Of a stretch of 64,000 bases of DNA, positions 51,964 through 63,777 are shown in pieces. The notes below the pieces were generated by a model, which was not told the DNA's origin, made no database searches, and saw only the letters and a program-made list of their open reading frames with translations. Source of the DNA: Octopus bimaculoides (lineage: Eukaryota); NCBI RefSeq assembly GCF_001194135.2, contig NC_068981.1, forward strand, positions 174,142,318-174,206,317, in the 5' to 3' direction. Made by a program: the position numbers and the translations under genes. How positions within the stretch are numbered: position 1 is the first letter of the stretch; each line of letters begins with the position of its first letter.

Positions 51964-52807
51964 ATCTCTCCATACTCTGCTTTCCCATTGTGCCATTCCC
52001 AGTATTCGAATCTTCGTCAACTACCATTGAGGCTATCCAGAAAAATAATTTTGTCTTGTCTTGATATTTTGGACAGGACTCAGACGTAGCGTATAATTTT
52101 TGTTAACAAAGCGATGCATAGGCGCTGATTCTGTCGCATATCTGTTATATCGGTTAGAGGCATCAAGTTATAACCATTGGTTGAAATTGATATTATTTAA
52201 TAATATTAATTTCTACTCTNNNNNNNNNNNNNNNNNNNNNNNNNNNNNNNNNNNNNNNNNNNNNNNNNNNNNNNNNNNNNNNNNNNNNNNNNNNNNNNNN
52301 NNNNNNNNNNNNNNNNNNNNNNNNNNNNNNNNNNNNNNNNNNNNNNNNNNNNNNNNNNNNNNNNNNNNNNNNNNNNNNNNNNNNNNNNNNNNNNNNNNNN
52401 NNNNNNNNNNNNNNNNNNNNNNNNNNNNNNNNNNNNNNNNNNNNNNNNNNNNNNNNNNNNNNNNNNNNNNNNNNNNNNNNNNNNNNNNNNNNNNNNNNNN
52501 NNNNNNNNNNNNNNNNNNNNNNNNNNNNNNNNNNNNNNNNNNNNNNNNNNNNNNNNNNNNNNNNNNNNNNNNNNNNNNNNNNNNNNNNNNNNNNNNNNNN
52601 NNNNNNNNNNNNNNNNNNNNNNNNNNNNNNNNNNNNNNNNNNNNNNNNNNNNNNNNNNNNNNNNNNNNNNNNNNNNNNNNNNNNNNNNNNNNNNNNNNNN
52701 NNNNNNNNNNNNNNNNNNNNNNNNNNNNNNNNNNNNNNNNNNNNNNNNNNNNNNNNNNNNNNNNNNNNNNNNNNNNNNNNNNNNNNNNNNNNNNNNNNNN
52801 NNNNNNN

Positions 52808-53030
52808 TATATATATATATATATATATATCTGTATGTTTGTGTTGTCCCCACCACCAGTTTGACAACTGGTGTTGGTTTGTTTACTCAGCAGTTTGGCA
52901 AAATAGACCGATAGAATAAGTACCGGGCTTAAAAAAATAAGTACTTGGATCGAATTGTTCGACTAAATCCTTCGTGGTGGTACCCCAGTATGGCCGCGCT
53001 CTAATGACTGAAAGAAGTAAGAGACAAAAG
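52808..53030 (+). mobile_element. SINE-B 3' half after a gap
   Basis: tttgacaactggtgttgg...gaccgatagaataagtacc...gtatggccgc...aatgactgaaagaagtaagag. Confidence 0.75.
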
Positions 53031-53442
53031 TTTTCACGTGTTCATTGCTTGCTGGATGTGTTGGTGCTGTTTACGTTTTGTTTCTTCCTGAATGTCCGAT
53101 ATGTTCACTATTTTGCGTATTCTGATTGTATTTGATATTTTTAAACAAGAATAAATTCTCTATTAAGAACACTCCAAATAACATCTCCTTTGGAGGAATT
53201 CATTTAACAGCGTTGGTTTAACGGAACGAAAACAGACTTCTGGCGTAAAGACAAACCACACACCAAGCTTTGGCTTACAGTGGGTATTGTGTGTCATTGA
53301 ATGAGAATAACATTCAAGGAACTCAAGCTAAGATGTGTGATAGGTGCAGATGTATGCGACTTAGAATAAACTTGGGAAGGTTTGTTTAGAGCTGTCTGTG
53401 TCTGTATATGTGTGTATGTGTGTGAGGCTAAGTACGTATGTA

Positions 53443-53476
<34 letters not shown>

Positions 53477-54070
53477 CATGCGTGGATGACTACACACATA
53501 CACACACACGGGTGGTGGTGTATGTGAGCGGAATGTAGATGTGAGGGATGCGTGCGTATGAGTCTATTATTTATATGAGTGTGTGCCTAAGGTTACGTAT
53601 GTATTTGTATGCATATATTTATATGTATATATGTGTGTATGTGAAGTGAGTAGAATATGAATGTCAGTGCATGTATATGTTCGTTCAGTATGTATGTGTG
53701 AGTATGTGGATGGCAGAGAGAAAGTGAGATAATCTAGTGTCTAGAACGCTTGGTATGTGAGTGCAGTGTATGAAATAAGCCTCAGATAGTTACCATGNNN
53801 NNNNNNNNNNNNNNNNNNNNNNNNNNNNNNNNNNNNNNNNNNNNNNNNNNNNNNNNNNNNNNNNNNNNNNNNNNNNNNNNNNNNNNNNNNNNNNNNNNNN
53901 NNNNNNNNNNNNNNNNNNNNNNNNNNNNNNNNNNNNNNNNNNNNNNNNNNNNNNNNNNNNNNNNNNNNNNNNNNNNNNNNNNNNNNNNNNNNNNNNNNNN
54001 NNNNNNNNNNNNNNNNNNNNNNNNNNNNNNNNNNNNNNNNNNNNNNNNNNNNNNNNNNNNNNNNNNNNNN

Positions 54071-54129
<59 letters not shown>

Positions 54130-54210
54130 ACATACATATATGTAAACTTACGTAGTAGACGTATAAACAGAATTTAATTATTTCTCTGTAGATTGAAAAC
54201 AAAATGACGA

Positions 54211-54312
54211 ACAACCTCAAACGATTTTCGAACCTTATTGGATTCTCATCAGTGGTGTCTGCGCCATTTGACCAATCCTAAAGAAACAAGTAGCCAGTCT
54301 GTTGTTTATACT
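54211..54312 (-). ncRNA. Hammerhead-like motif downstream of a TATA box (Penelope pseudo-LTR-like remnant)
   Basis: Minus strand: TATAAA (54310-54305)...gacacca-CTGATGA-GAATC caataa GGTTC-GAAA-atcgtttgagg. Core and 5-bp helix II intact; helices I and III imperfect. Confidence 0.5.
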
Positions 54313-54384
54313 CTGTGTGTTGCGCGTGTATGTTTCTACTCTGAATATGTGTATAAAATGTGTGCGTATGTCTTCACAAGACTA

Positions 54385-55470
54385 TAAGGCGGTGAGCTGG
54401 CAGAATCGTTGGCACTCCAAGCAAAATACTTAGTGGCATTTCGTCCGTCTTTAAGTTCTCAGTTCAAATTCCATCGATGTCGACTTTACCTTTCATCCTT
54501 TCGGGGATCGATAAAATAATTACAAGTTGAGCACTGGGGTCGATGTAATCAATTTACCCCTTCCACCGAAATTGCTGGCCTTGTGTCAAAATTTGAAAAA
54601 CCAATATTACTACTTGAGTGGTACTTTTTGCATCGACTCCGGAAAGATGAGCGCTTGTAACTGTAAAATTGAAATGCAAAAATTCCTGACTTCATTAGGA
54701 TTTGAACTCAAACATAAATAAACGTCACTAAATACTGCGAAAATCGTAATATGTCTCATCACCGTTTCAGCCATTCGACATTCTGTTATGATTAGTAAAT
54801 CATTTCTAGCGTAGGTGCGCGGTTACAATTTTGAGGGAGGGGTTAATACATTAAATTGATTCCAGTACTTTGTTTTATAGACAGATGAACTGTAATACTG
54901 ACGATGGCGGTATTTGAACATAGAACACGAGGAGAAATAGCTAAATATTGCAGGACAACCTACCCTCTTCCTTACATGATCAACTAATAACAGTTTAATA
55001 ATGATTTTCTATCCTTAGTGCAAATTTCAGATTTTTGGAGAAGGGGCAGCGACTTTCAGTGTTTTGCTGGAACACTTTTAGTGTTTTGCTGGAGCACTTT
55101 TAGTGTTTTGCTGAAGTACTTTTAGTGTTTTCTTGGAACTTAATGTAACTATCTCCGGAAAGATGGAAGGTTATACCGGTGGGATTTCACCTCAAAACAT
55201 AAGGACAAAAACTGCACGTATTTTGTTTGCCATCTGCAGATTCTAACTATTTCGTGTCTTCATTATACATTTGAACGCTTTAAAATTAGACACAAGTCTG
55301 GCAATTTTGCAGAAAGGAGGTTAGTCGAAACCACTAATACCACTATTTGAATAGTAACATTTCATCGACACCCGGAAGGATGAAAGGCAAAGTTGACCTC
55401 GACAGGAATTGAACTCAGAATGGAAAATAACTAACTAAATACCACAAGGTATTTTTTCAGATGCCCTAAC
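54385..55470. mobile_element. SINE-A cluster (+ copy 54385-54608; decayed minus copies about 54800-54960, 55010-55260, 55280-55470)
   Basis: Family A head, B-box and tail blocks recognisable in each copy. Confidence 0.75.
55057..55138. repeat. 22-bp minisatellite x4 inside a decayed SINE-A
   Basis: ttttagtgttttgctgga(a/g)cac repeated with drift. Confidence 0.85.
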
Positions 55471-55554
55471 AGTCATACCAATACAGCAGTCATTTTTAGA
55501 TGATTAATTATTTGCTAAGCTGAAGTAGCGGCAAGTAATCTCAGTCTCTACTGA

Positions 55555-56100
55555 TGCTGACCCTGGACAGGTGTATCTAGTGTGGGCCCCTAGCCAGGGT
55601 TACGGATACCCCATAATGGGTAAAAAAAACCTTACTGCCTTATCTCACAAAGGCTAGAGAGCAACCCTTACAATAAATCTGGAGCAGAACGCTTAAGGTA
55701 GTCTAGTGTTCAACTCATTATTCGTCTGGCAACTTCTGCTGTCAAACTGATGTCAAAATGTAGTGCTCTTCACTCCTGAGGACTTATCCTGCGAGGTCGA
55801 GAGGGATATTCTGGCGTCTGAACAGTCTGGGATATCAATTTAGCCAGCCTAGGATTCGGGTTTGAACAAGTCACCTCAGCGTCATTGTGAAAATCTACAG
55901 GAACAACATGGAAGGTGGTTACCTCACCCATGTTGGGTTGAAGCTCGTATCTTATTTCATATTGGTACAAGAGTCCACCCATCCATCCATCTCTGCCCAC
56001 TATTCTTGGGAGGGTCGTGGTAGGTAGAGTGCTTAGGAACCTCCTCGATAGGATCCTATCAGAAGCAACTGTTGTTAGACAAAAGTCCATTCTATCTCAA
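55555..56100 (+). mobile_element. Probable RTE-clade LINE 5' UTR fragment
   Basis: gagcaacccttacaataaatctggagcagaa...ggcaacttctgctgtcaaactgatgtcaaa resembles RTE 5' UTRs as I recall them; not checked against a database. GC-richer island. Confidence 0.4.
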
Positions 56101-56510
56101 AACAGACCTATGACAAAAACTCGAATAATGCGAGATATTCTAAATACAACACCTTTTTAAAAAAAGTTTTATTTATGTTGGAAAATATCAGTAACAAAGA
56201 AAAAAGAAATTTTTTTTTAAATGCAAAAGAAATTTCATTACTTTATGTCCGTAAGATATTTTATGAATTTATTTTATTCTTAAACATATTTTTTATTTAA
56301 GATTAAAAAAATTTTTCTTCTCTCAAGTATGCTACTTATTGAAAATAAAATTATTTCTTATTAAATTTTGGCCAATCGATAAAATAAGCTGCGAAAAAGA
56401 AAAAAAAACCCATAAATAATTTGCAATATTGCATACATACATACATGCATACATACATACATACATACATACATACATACATACATACATACATACATAC
56501 ATACATACAC

Positions 56511-56845
56511 GTATAGAAGAAAACAGCTACAGAGAAAATTGACTATATTGAGACCGATCGGTCAAAAGAATGTTGGTGGAACTCAGAAATTAAACTAGTC
56601 AACCGATTGGAACACAACTAGCCAGATACTGTTGTGTGGGACCACAAGGATAAGATATGTTCTGCTGTGGAAATCAGCTGCCCTCTGGACGCTATCGTAG
56701 TTAGAAAAATACTGGACTATTGAGTTTGCAAATCCAGTACTCAAGATGCACTTTCAGCTTCATACCTATTATTATTGGAGCAACAGGGTACATACCGACT
56801 ATTCTGGAGCAAAGTATGGCTGAATTTGGGATCTTGGCAAAAAAA
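56511..56845 (+). mobile_element. RLE endonuclease-domain fragment of a site-specific-type non-LTR retrotransposon
   Basis: ECWWNSEIKLVNRLEHN*PDTVVWDHKDKICSAVEISCPLD (PD..E nuclease signature; HNKPD broken by a stop at 56619), then FSFIPIIIGATGYIPTILEQSMAEFG. Confidence 0.85.
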
Positions 56846-57040
56846 CGTAAAGTGGATGAAGTTGAAAGAAGATGCAAGGAGATTTTTTGCATCTAATAAA
56901 CATGGAATTGATGTTCTGGCACAGCGATGGTAAACAGACAATAGAATATGATGGTATATATTTTGGTAAGTTAGCACTTTTCTTATGTAATTTATTTGAA
57001 TGGTTAATTAAAATTTGAAATATCAAAAAGCTTTTGACTC
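56846..57040 (+). mobile_element. Mariner transposase 3' end fragment
   Basis: DEVE..ARRFFASNKHGIDVLAQRW* and TIEYDGIYF match the mariner C-terminus (FFASK...GI..L..RW..VIE..G.YF). Confidence 0.65.
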
Positions 57041-57055
57041 AGTCTGGGGGACATA

Positions 57056-57088
<33 letters not shown>

Positions 57089-57488
57089 TATATATACACA
57101 ATTAAATGTGTATACCATTTAATGCATACCGTATTAAAGTAAGAGGTTCCTATAGTTTCTTGCCATAGAGACACGTTGTTAGACAGATTTTTATAACGTG
57201 CCTTGTGTTTCCAGACAATCTTTTGGCTCTGGGGTCATGGCTTGTTCTATCCGAAAGATAAAACGAATCAAGGTACATTAGAAAAATCTACCTTACCACA
57301 TGTCTTTATCGCAAGAAACTGCTTGTAGCTCTTATTTTAATACAGTATACATTAAAAGATATTTATCTCTCACTTGATGAAGTATATTTTTGTTGATCCT
57401 ACCTTAACGGAACAGTAAACTATGCATATGCAACAGAAAATTCCGTGACAAATTACTGCCTGGGTGGAAGTAGTAGTAGTAGTGGCAA

Positions 57489-57532
<44 letters not shown>

Positions 57533-57533
57533 A

Positions 57534-57565
<32 letters not shown>

Positions 57566-57984
57566 ACAACAGCAGGTGCTGTTGCTTTAAGGATTATATT
57601 TTTCATGAAGACACACTTACGCAAGCACGCGCACGCACACACACACACACAAACACACACGTGCGCGTGCACACACATTTGGTAGCACAGACAAAAGAAA
57701 TAGAACTCAAAATATGAGTGTGTATATTTTTTATTTTTGAGCGGTAGAAGCTACAAAGTAACTCAAAGGCCGAAAGCTTCTTTCATTTAACGCTAACGTC
57801 CTTTACAAGGGGTTCCTAGATGCTGTTTCTGATGTGGGTGGATATGAGTTACTATGGCTTTAGAGTGAGACTGAGCGTCAATGAAAAACTCTGTCTAGTC
57901 TTTCTTGGAGGGCTTTCATGTCGGAGATAATGGAAAATTCCCAAATTGACTTGGCTTGGTATTGCAACAGGGGAAATTTAGCTT

Positions 57985-58171
57985 TCTCTTTTTTTTTTTT
58001 ACTTTTTTCAGTCATTTGACTGCGGCCATGCTGGAGCACCGCCTTTAGTCGAGCAAATCGACCCCAGGACTTATGCTTTGTAAGCCTAGTACTTATTCTA
58101 TCGGTCTCTTTTGCTGAACCGCTAAGTTACGGGGTCGTAAGCACATCACCATCGGTTGTCAAGCAAAGTTG

Positions 58172-58243
<72 letters not shown>

Positions 58244-58407
58244 CGACGGGCTTCTTTCAGTTTCCGTCTACCAAATCCACTCACAAGGCTTTGGTCAGCC
58301 CAAGGCTATAGTAGAAGACACTTGCCCAAGGTGGCACGCAGTGGGACTGAACTCGGAACCATGTGGTTGGTAAGCAAGCTACTTACCACACAACCACTCC
58401 TGCACCT
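57985..58407 (-). mobile_element. Complete ungapped SINE-B (reference copy)
   Basis: tRNA-like head (aggtgcaggagtggttgtgtggtaagtagcttgcttacc...gagttcagtccc), ccttgggcaagtgtct block, internal (TG)n, 3' half and A-rich tail all present. Confidence 0.92.
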
Positions 58408-60225
58408 GCCGGGTGACAAAATCACTCTACACTCGTTCAGAAAATGCAGTATATTTTTGCAATAATAATACTCGCTTCGACGACGCCGAGTATTACTGTA
58501 AAGTGTAGGATAAAAATCCCTTGGGCTGTTTAGTTATGTTCATATGCGTTCTCATCTCATATCCCCTACAAAGTTAACCTTCGTCTACATCCTCCCAGGT
58601 GATATAAAAATGCTGAAAATCGAATCAATATAGAATAGATTCCATAAATTTCCTCTCTCTCTGTCCGTACACAATTTATGGTAGCCCGTACCAATGTACG
58701 ACATCGTTACTAAATTCCGTCTCTGTAGAATCTGGTTACGAACAAGCAAGTAAAGGAATCTTTATATGGTCGTTCGACCTACTAGCAATAGCAGTCGAAT
58801 TGTCTTCAAATCACTCTATCGTCTCAGGTTGGTAGGCGGCACTCTGGGTAATGTCCTCTCATTAAAATAAAAGAGAAGAGATAATCATGGAATTTCTTTG
58901 ATCATAAATTTTGTTCGCTCGGTCAGAGTTGAACTAGGGCTAAACACCACCACCACCACCACCACCACCACCACCAACAATAACAACAACAGCAGCAGCA
59001 GCAGCAACAGCAACAACAGCAGTAACAATTACAACAGCAATTACAACAACAACACCACCAACAATAACCTGAGTACAAACACTGCTACGGATTACACTGC
59101 TTGTCCTCTCACAGAGGCTTGTAGAATAACAAATAGCTACACACTGGTGTTTATTCAATCCACTATCCTTCCAATACTATCAAAAAAAAAAAAAAAAAAA
59201 ANNNNNNNNNNNNNNNNNNNNNNNNNNNNNNNNNNNNNNNNNNNNNNNNNNNNNNNNNNNNNNNNNNNNNNNNNNNNNNNNNNNNNNNNNNNNNNNNNNN
59301 NNNNNNNNNNNNNNNNNNNNNNNNNNNNNNNNNNNNNNNNNNNNNNNNNNNNNNNNNNNNNNNNNNNNNNNNNNNNNNNNNNNNNNNNNNNNNNNNNNNN
59401 NNNNNNNNNNNNNNNNNNNNNNNNNNNNNNNNNNNNNNNNNNNNNNNNNNNNNNNNNNNNNNNNNNNNNNNNNNNNNNNNNNNNNNNNNNNNNNNNNNNN
59501 NNNNNNNNNNNNNNNNNNNNNNNNNNNNNNNNNNNNNNNNNNNNNNNNNNNNNNNNNNNNNNNNNNNNNNNNNNNNNNNNNNNNNNNNNNNNNNNNNNNN
59601 NNNNNNNNNNNNNNNNNNNNNNNNNNNNNNNNNNNNNNNNNNNNNNNNNNNNNNNNNNNNNNNNNNNNNNNNNNNNNNNNNNNNNNNNNNNNNNNNNNNN
59701 NNNNNNNNNNNNNNNNNNNNNNNNNNNNNNNNNNNNNNNNNNNNNNNNNNNNNNNNNNNNNNNNNNNNNNNNNNNNNNNNNNNNNNNNNNNNNNNNNNNN
59801 NNNNNNNNNNNNNNNNNNNNNNNNNNNNNNNNNNNNNNNNNNNNNNNNNNNNNNNNNNNNNNNNNNNNNNNNNNNNNNNNNNNNNNNNNNNNNNNNNNNN
59901 NNNNNNNNNNNNNNNNNNNNNNNNNNNNNNNNNNNNNNNNNNNNNNNNNNNNNNNNNNNNNNNNNNNNNNNNNNNNNNNNNNNNNNNNNNNNNNNNNNNN
60001 NNNNNNNNNNNNNNNNNNNNNNNNNNNNNNNNNNNNNNNNNNNNNNNNNNNNNNNNNNNNNNNNNNNNNNNNNNNNNNNNNNNNNNNNNNNNNNNNNNNN
60101 NNNNNNNNNNNNNNNNNNNNNNNNNNNNNNNNNNNNNNNNNNNNNNNNNNNNNNNNNNNNNNNNNNNNNNNNNNNNNNNNNNNNNNNNNNNNNNNNNNAC
60201 CACCACCACCACCATCACCACCACC

Positions 60226-60289
<64 letters not shown>

Positions 60290-60423
60290 AATTTGAAATG
60301 ACAACCATTTCTAATATAGGCACAAGATCACACATTTGGGAGGAAGGGTTTTGTTAATACTATCGATACCAGCTACTTTATTTTATCGACACCGGAGGAA
60401 CGATAGACAAGTTGATTTCGATA

Positions 60424-60680
60424 AGATTCCATATTCTCTCCAAAGAACAGTTAAAGGAATTTCTCGATGATGTGTATTCCAGTGATATAGGCAGGCAAGA
60501 AAGCAGGCCAAACTGGTGTTGCTCATACTGATTCATAAGTTAGGACTGTGATATAAGGGATGATGCAAGACTATGGCCAGTGGGGAGGACATTGGGGATG
60601 TCGTCATCTCTCGACTCTTTTTCATTCTTCTTTCATGTTATGGATAGATGGCGGGCACCAAAGTGACACAGAATGATATG
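60424..60680 (+). mobile_element. Inverted partial copy of the 62242-62671 LTR
   Basis: 257-bp arm, reverse complement of 62318-62574 with scattered substitutions. Confidence 0.9.
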
Positions 60681-62241
60681 CAAAGGGCTGTAAGAGTTCA
60701 ATCTGAGAAAGGAAAAAACATGAAAACCCTCAGTATAGAAAAAGAGAAATGAAAAGAAACGTTTCCACATATTTCGCGTTAATCCTAATGCTAACTACAA
60801 TAGCCTTCTCCCAGTTGTGATCTACAGGCGCTTGCTGAGAAGAAGTTTAATTACTTGCATAAAATTCACCACTCAAAATATACCTTTCAGAAAATATAAT
60901 GGAAAGACGTAACTCCCTCTATATTCCCATCCTTATCTCTAAGCGGTATTTGAAAAAAAATGATAATAGAAGAAAGGGGATGACGCCCGCTCTCAATTCT
61001 TTCAGTCTCGCTTCCTTCACTGAGTCTTTTATCAGAGCCTCCAGATAGCGGCAATCTGCCTGCATTCTTAACTAAAGAGGCAGCGGAAATCTCTTCAACA
61101 GAATCGGCTAATTGTCGGGCCTGTTCGACATGCGACAACACCTGTTCGACGCAGCTTCTCAGATCAAAAATGCTGAGAAAGGTTCAACTGACGACATGAG
61201 CCTGCCTGTAGAGTTTATCTCGAACTTGCACTGCCAACCGATAGCACAGCGAAGCCAAGAATTTCTGAAGTGATATATAGTCATCATTTGATATATATAC
61301 TCGAGGAGAGCACTTCTCCCTTCTTTCTCATTTTCCTTTCCAAGTGCAATTTGAAAAATTAGAAGAGGGCTTAACTCAAGACGATAGTGTCTACTCACTA
61401 TCATTTCAACCTCGTCTACAGCACCACCCTTTTCACTAAAACCACCAGGCAGAAGAAATTGCCTCCCCTGCCTAAGTAAAATAGGAACTGATAGCTACGA
61501 CCTGTGTTTAATGAAGGCACCTTATATTCGTGATCACCTTCCACTTCCATAGGGCCAGTTTGCAAACTATTTAGTTCTGAATAATTCAGATGTCAAAGCC
61601 AGCAGAACGATCATATTGATTAATGTAAAACTGACCATAAGCTCTTTAAATTAGTTCTCATTAGCAGTATGTCGTATGCATATTTCATATCTTAAACATC
61701 CATCTCGGCTTTAACCTGCACGTTATCACTCCTTCGTCTTCCGCTTACATGGATCAAGCATCAATTTCAGATTGATAAGGGCTTCTATTAAATCATCCAT
61801 CTGTCAGCTACAAGTTACTCGATGAGTTCTCTTGTATACCCTATTATTTTCCACTTGTATTTACATTATGGGGTGAGGGAGTTTTTTTTCTTTTAGTTTT
61901 TCAATACCCTGAGCAGTTTAACAGTTCTGTCTGTCCTCCATCTCTTTCTGACCATCGTAAGATGATGGAGAAGTATCTCTTGGTCTTCGGATCCTGGCAC
62001 CGAGGCGAAGCGATCTCTTCTGTTACCTTCGGAACTGCGAGAAGTGGTGCTCTGGAAAACAGCAGCTTCTATTACTTACTATTGTTTTTGGTGCACCCGC
62101 TTTTGTCCGATTCTCTCTTTCTCTAACTTTTCAGCTTTTCTGAACTGAAAAATATTCAAATGGCTCCTAGTACCACACATGTAACAGTTGAACTTTCTGC
62201 ATTGTCATCATAGGTTTTATCGTTTTTTTTCTATCTGTACC
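60681..62241 (-). mobile_element. Decayed Gypsy-like internal region with gag remnant
   Basis: MDDLIEALINLKL (ATG 61800), DEVEMIVSRHYRL (cf. DEVK.AIL.RY.L) and LQKFLASLCYRLAVQVRDK...VEQARQLADS (cf. EQFL..L....V......EEA..LAD) of SCAN-related gag. Confidence 0.55.
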
Positions 62242-62671
62242 TGTAACGGGGTACAGATTTGGGGCAACTCTGCGGTCATCAGGGGAAAATTAGGCTCCTC
62301 ATGTCTCCATCAGACCACATATCATTCTATGTCACTTCGGTGCCCGCCATCTATCCATAACATGAAAGAAGAATGAAAAAGAGTCGAGAGATGACGACAT
62401 CCCCAATGTCCTCCTCATTGGCCATCGTCTTGCATGATCCCTTATATCACAGGCTTCACTTATAAATCAATATGAGCAACACCAGTTTGGCCAGCTTTCT
62501 TGCCTGCCTATATTAATGGACTACACATCATCGAGAAATTCCTTTGACTGTTCTTTGGAGGGAATATGGAATCTACTTGCGCTTTCGTGTAGCTGAGTTC
62601 TGTAACTTTCGCCTTGTTCATTTCTAGATACATTCCTCAGGTAATTATGTACTCGTTGTCGTGATATAACA
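62242..62671 (-). mobile_element. LTR (TG...CA, 430 bp), 5' LTR of the decayed element
   Basis: Minus strand runs tgttatatcac...ccccgttaca with an internal gatataaggg TATA-like box. No clear PBS or TSD. Confidence 0.6.
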
Positions 62672-63149
62672 CTGTCACACTTCTTTCTTTGACTGGATTC
62701 GATTCATGTATTAAACTTCCATTTTGTTTTAAACGAGCGAAAAAGTTTGCCGATAATTTTGTTAATATCGTACAAGTTTGCCTTGTTTTTGTTGCTGTTT
62801 TTGTTCAGTTTATGTACTGCATGTTTGCAGTTTTGGCTATTAGATTGTGACTGTCTGTGTCTGTGAGTGTATTTATTTGTCTGATTCTAACCTTTTCTGT
62901 TAAAAATAAATAAACAAAAACCCCCAAAGCAAAAAAACATCTGCATAACCTTTTTAACATCCGTTTTCGAGTATTCGAAAATTATTTCTTTTAGTATTTA
63001 GAGCGTATCCAATAGCACTTCTTTTGAATTGTAGCTTTCATTTTCACTTCTCCAGTAGAAGAAGGTATATTGAATAAAATATAAACACAAGAAAAAATTT
63101 TCCAGGTAAAATAAAATGACTAAAAAATAGAAGTTTTGTGTATTTCTAC

Positions 63150-63735
63150 TATAGGAACAAGGCCTGAAATTTAGGGAGGGATAGTCGATTATATCGACTC
63201 CAGTGCGTAACAGGTACTAATTTTATCGAGACCGAGAGGATGAAAGGCAAAGTCAACCTCGGCAGAATTTGAACTGAGAACGTAAAGGCGGACGAAATGC
63301 CGCTAAGCATTTTTGTCCGATGTGGTAACGATTATACCAGATCGCTGCCTTATAACAATAATAGCAACAACAATGTTGAATGTCTTCCACGATAATTAAG
63401 CTCATAATGTCCGGGAACAGACCCTGTGAGACCTCTGACAGCAGGCTGCTGACCGCTCTCACAGGGTCTACCAGAACAAACAAGACTGAACGTCCTTAGA
63501 AGTAAAACAATAATAATGATAATAATCCTTTCTTTTAAATGCATTAGACCTGACAATTGAGGGGAGGGTACTAATCGATTACATCGACCAAAGTGTTTCA
63601 CTAGTACTTAATTCATCGACCTGCAGAGGATGAAAGGTAAAGTCGACATCGGCAGAATTTGAACTCAGAATGTAAAACCGGGAGAAAAGCTGTTAGGCAT
63701 TTTGTCCAGCGTAGCAACTATTCTGATAGCTCACC
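63150..63735 (-). mobile_element. Two head-to-tail SINE-A copies (63150-63350, 63528-63735) with a 135-bp hairpin-bearing insert (63372-63508) in the tail between them
   Basis: Family A reverse complements. The insert is flanked by aat/aac repeats. Confidence 0.85.
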
Positions 63736-63741
63736 ATTTCA

Positions 63742-63777
<36 letters not shown>

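Noticed and set aside
59066-59202. Processed-transcript 3' end before a poly-A
   Set aside because: No polyadenylation signal, and the other end is lost in the gap.
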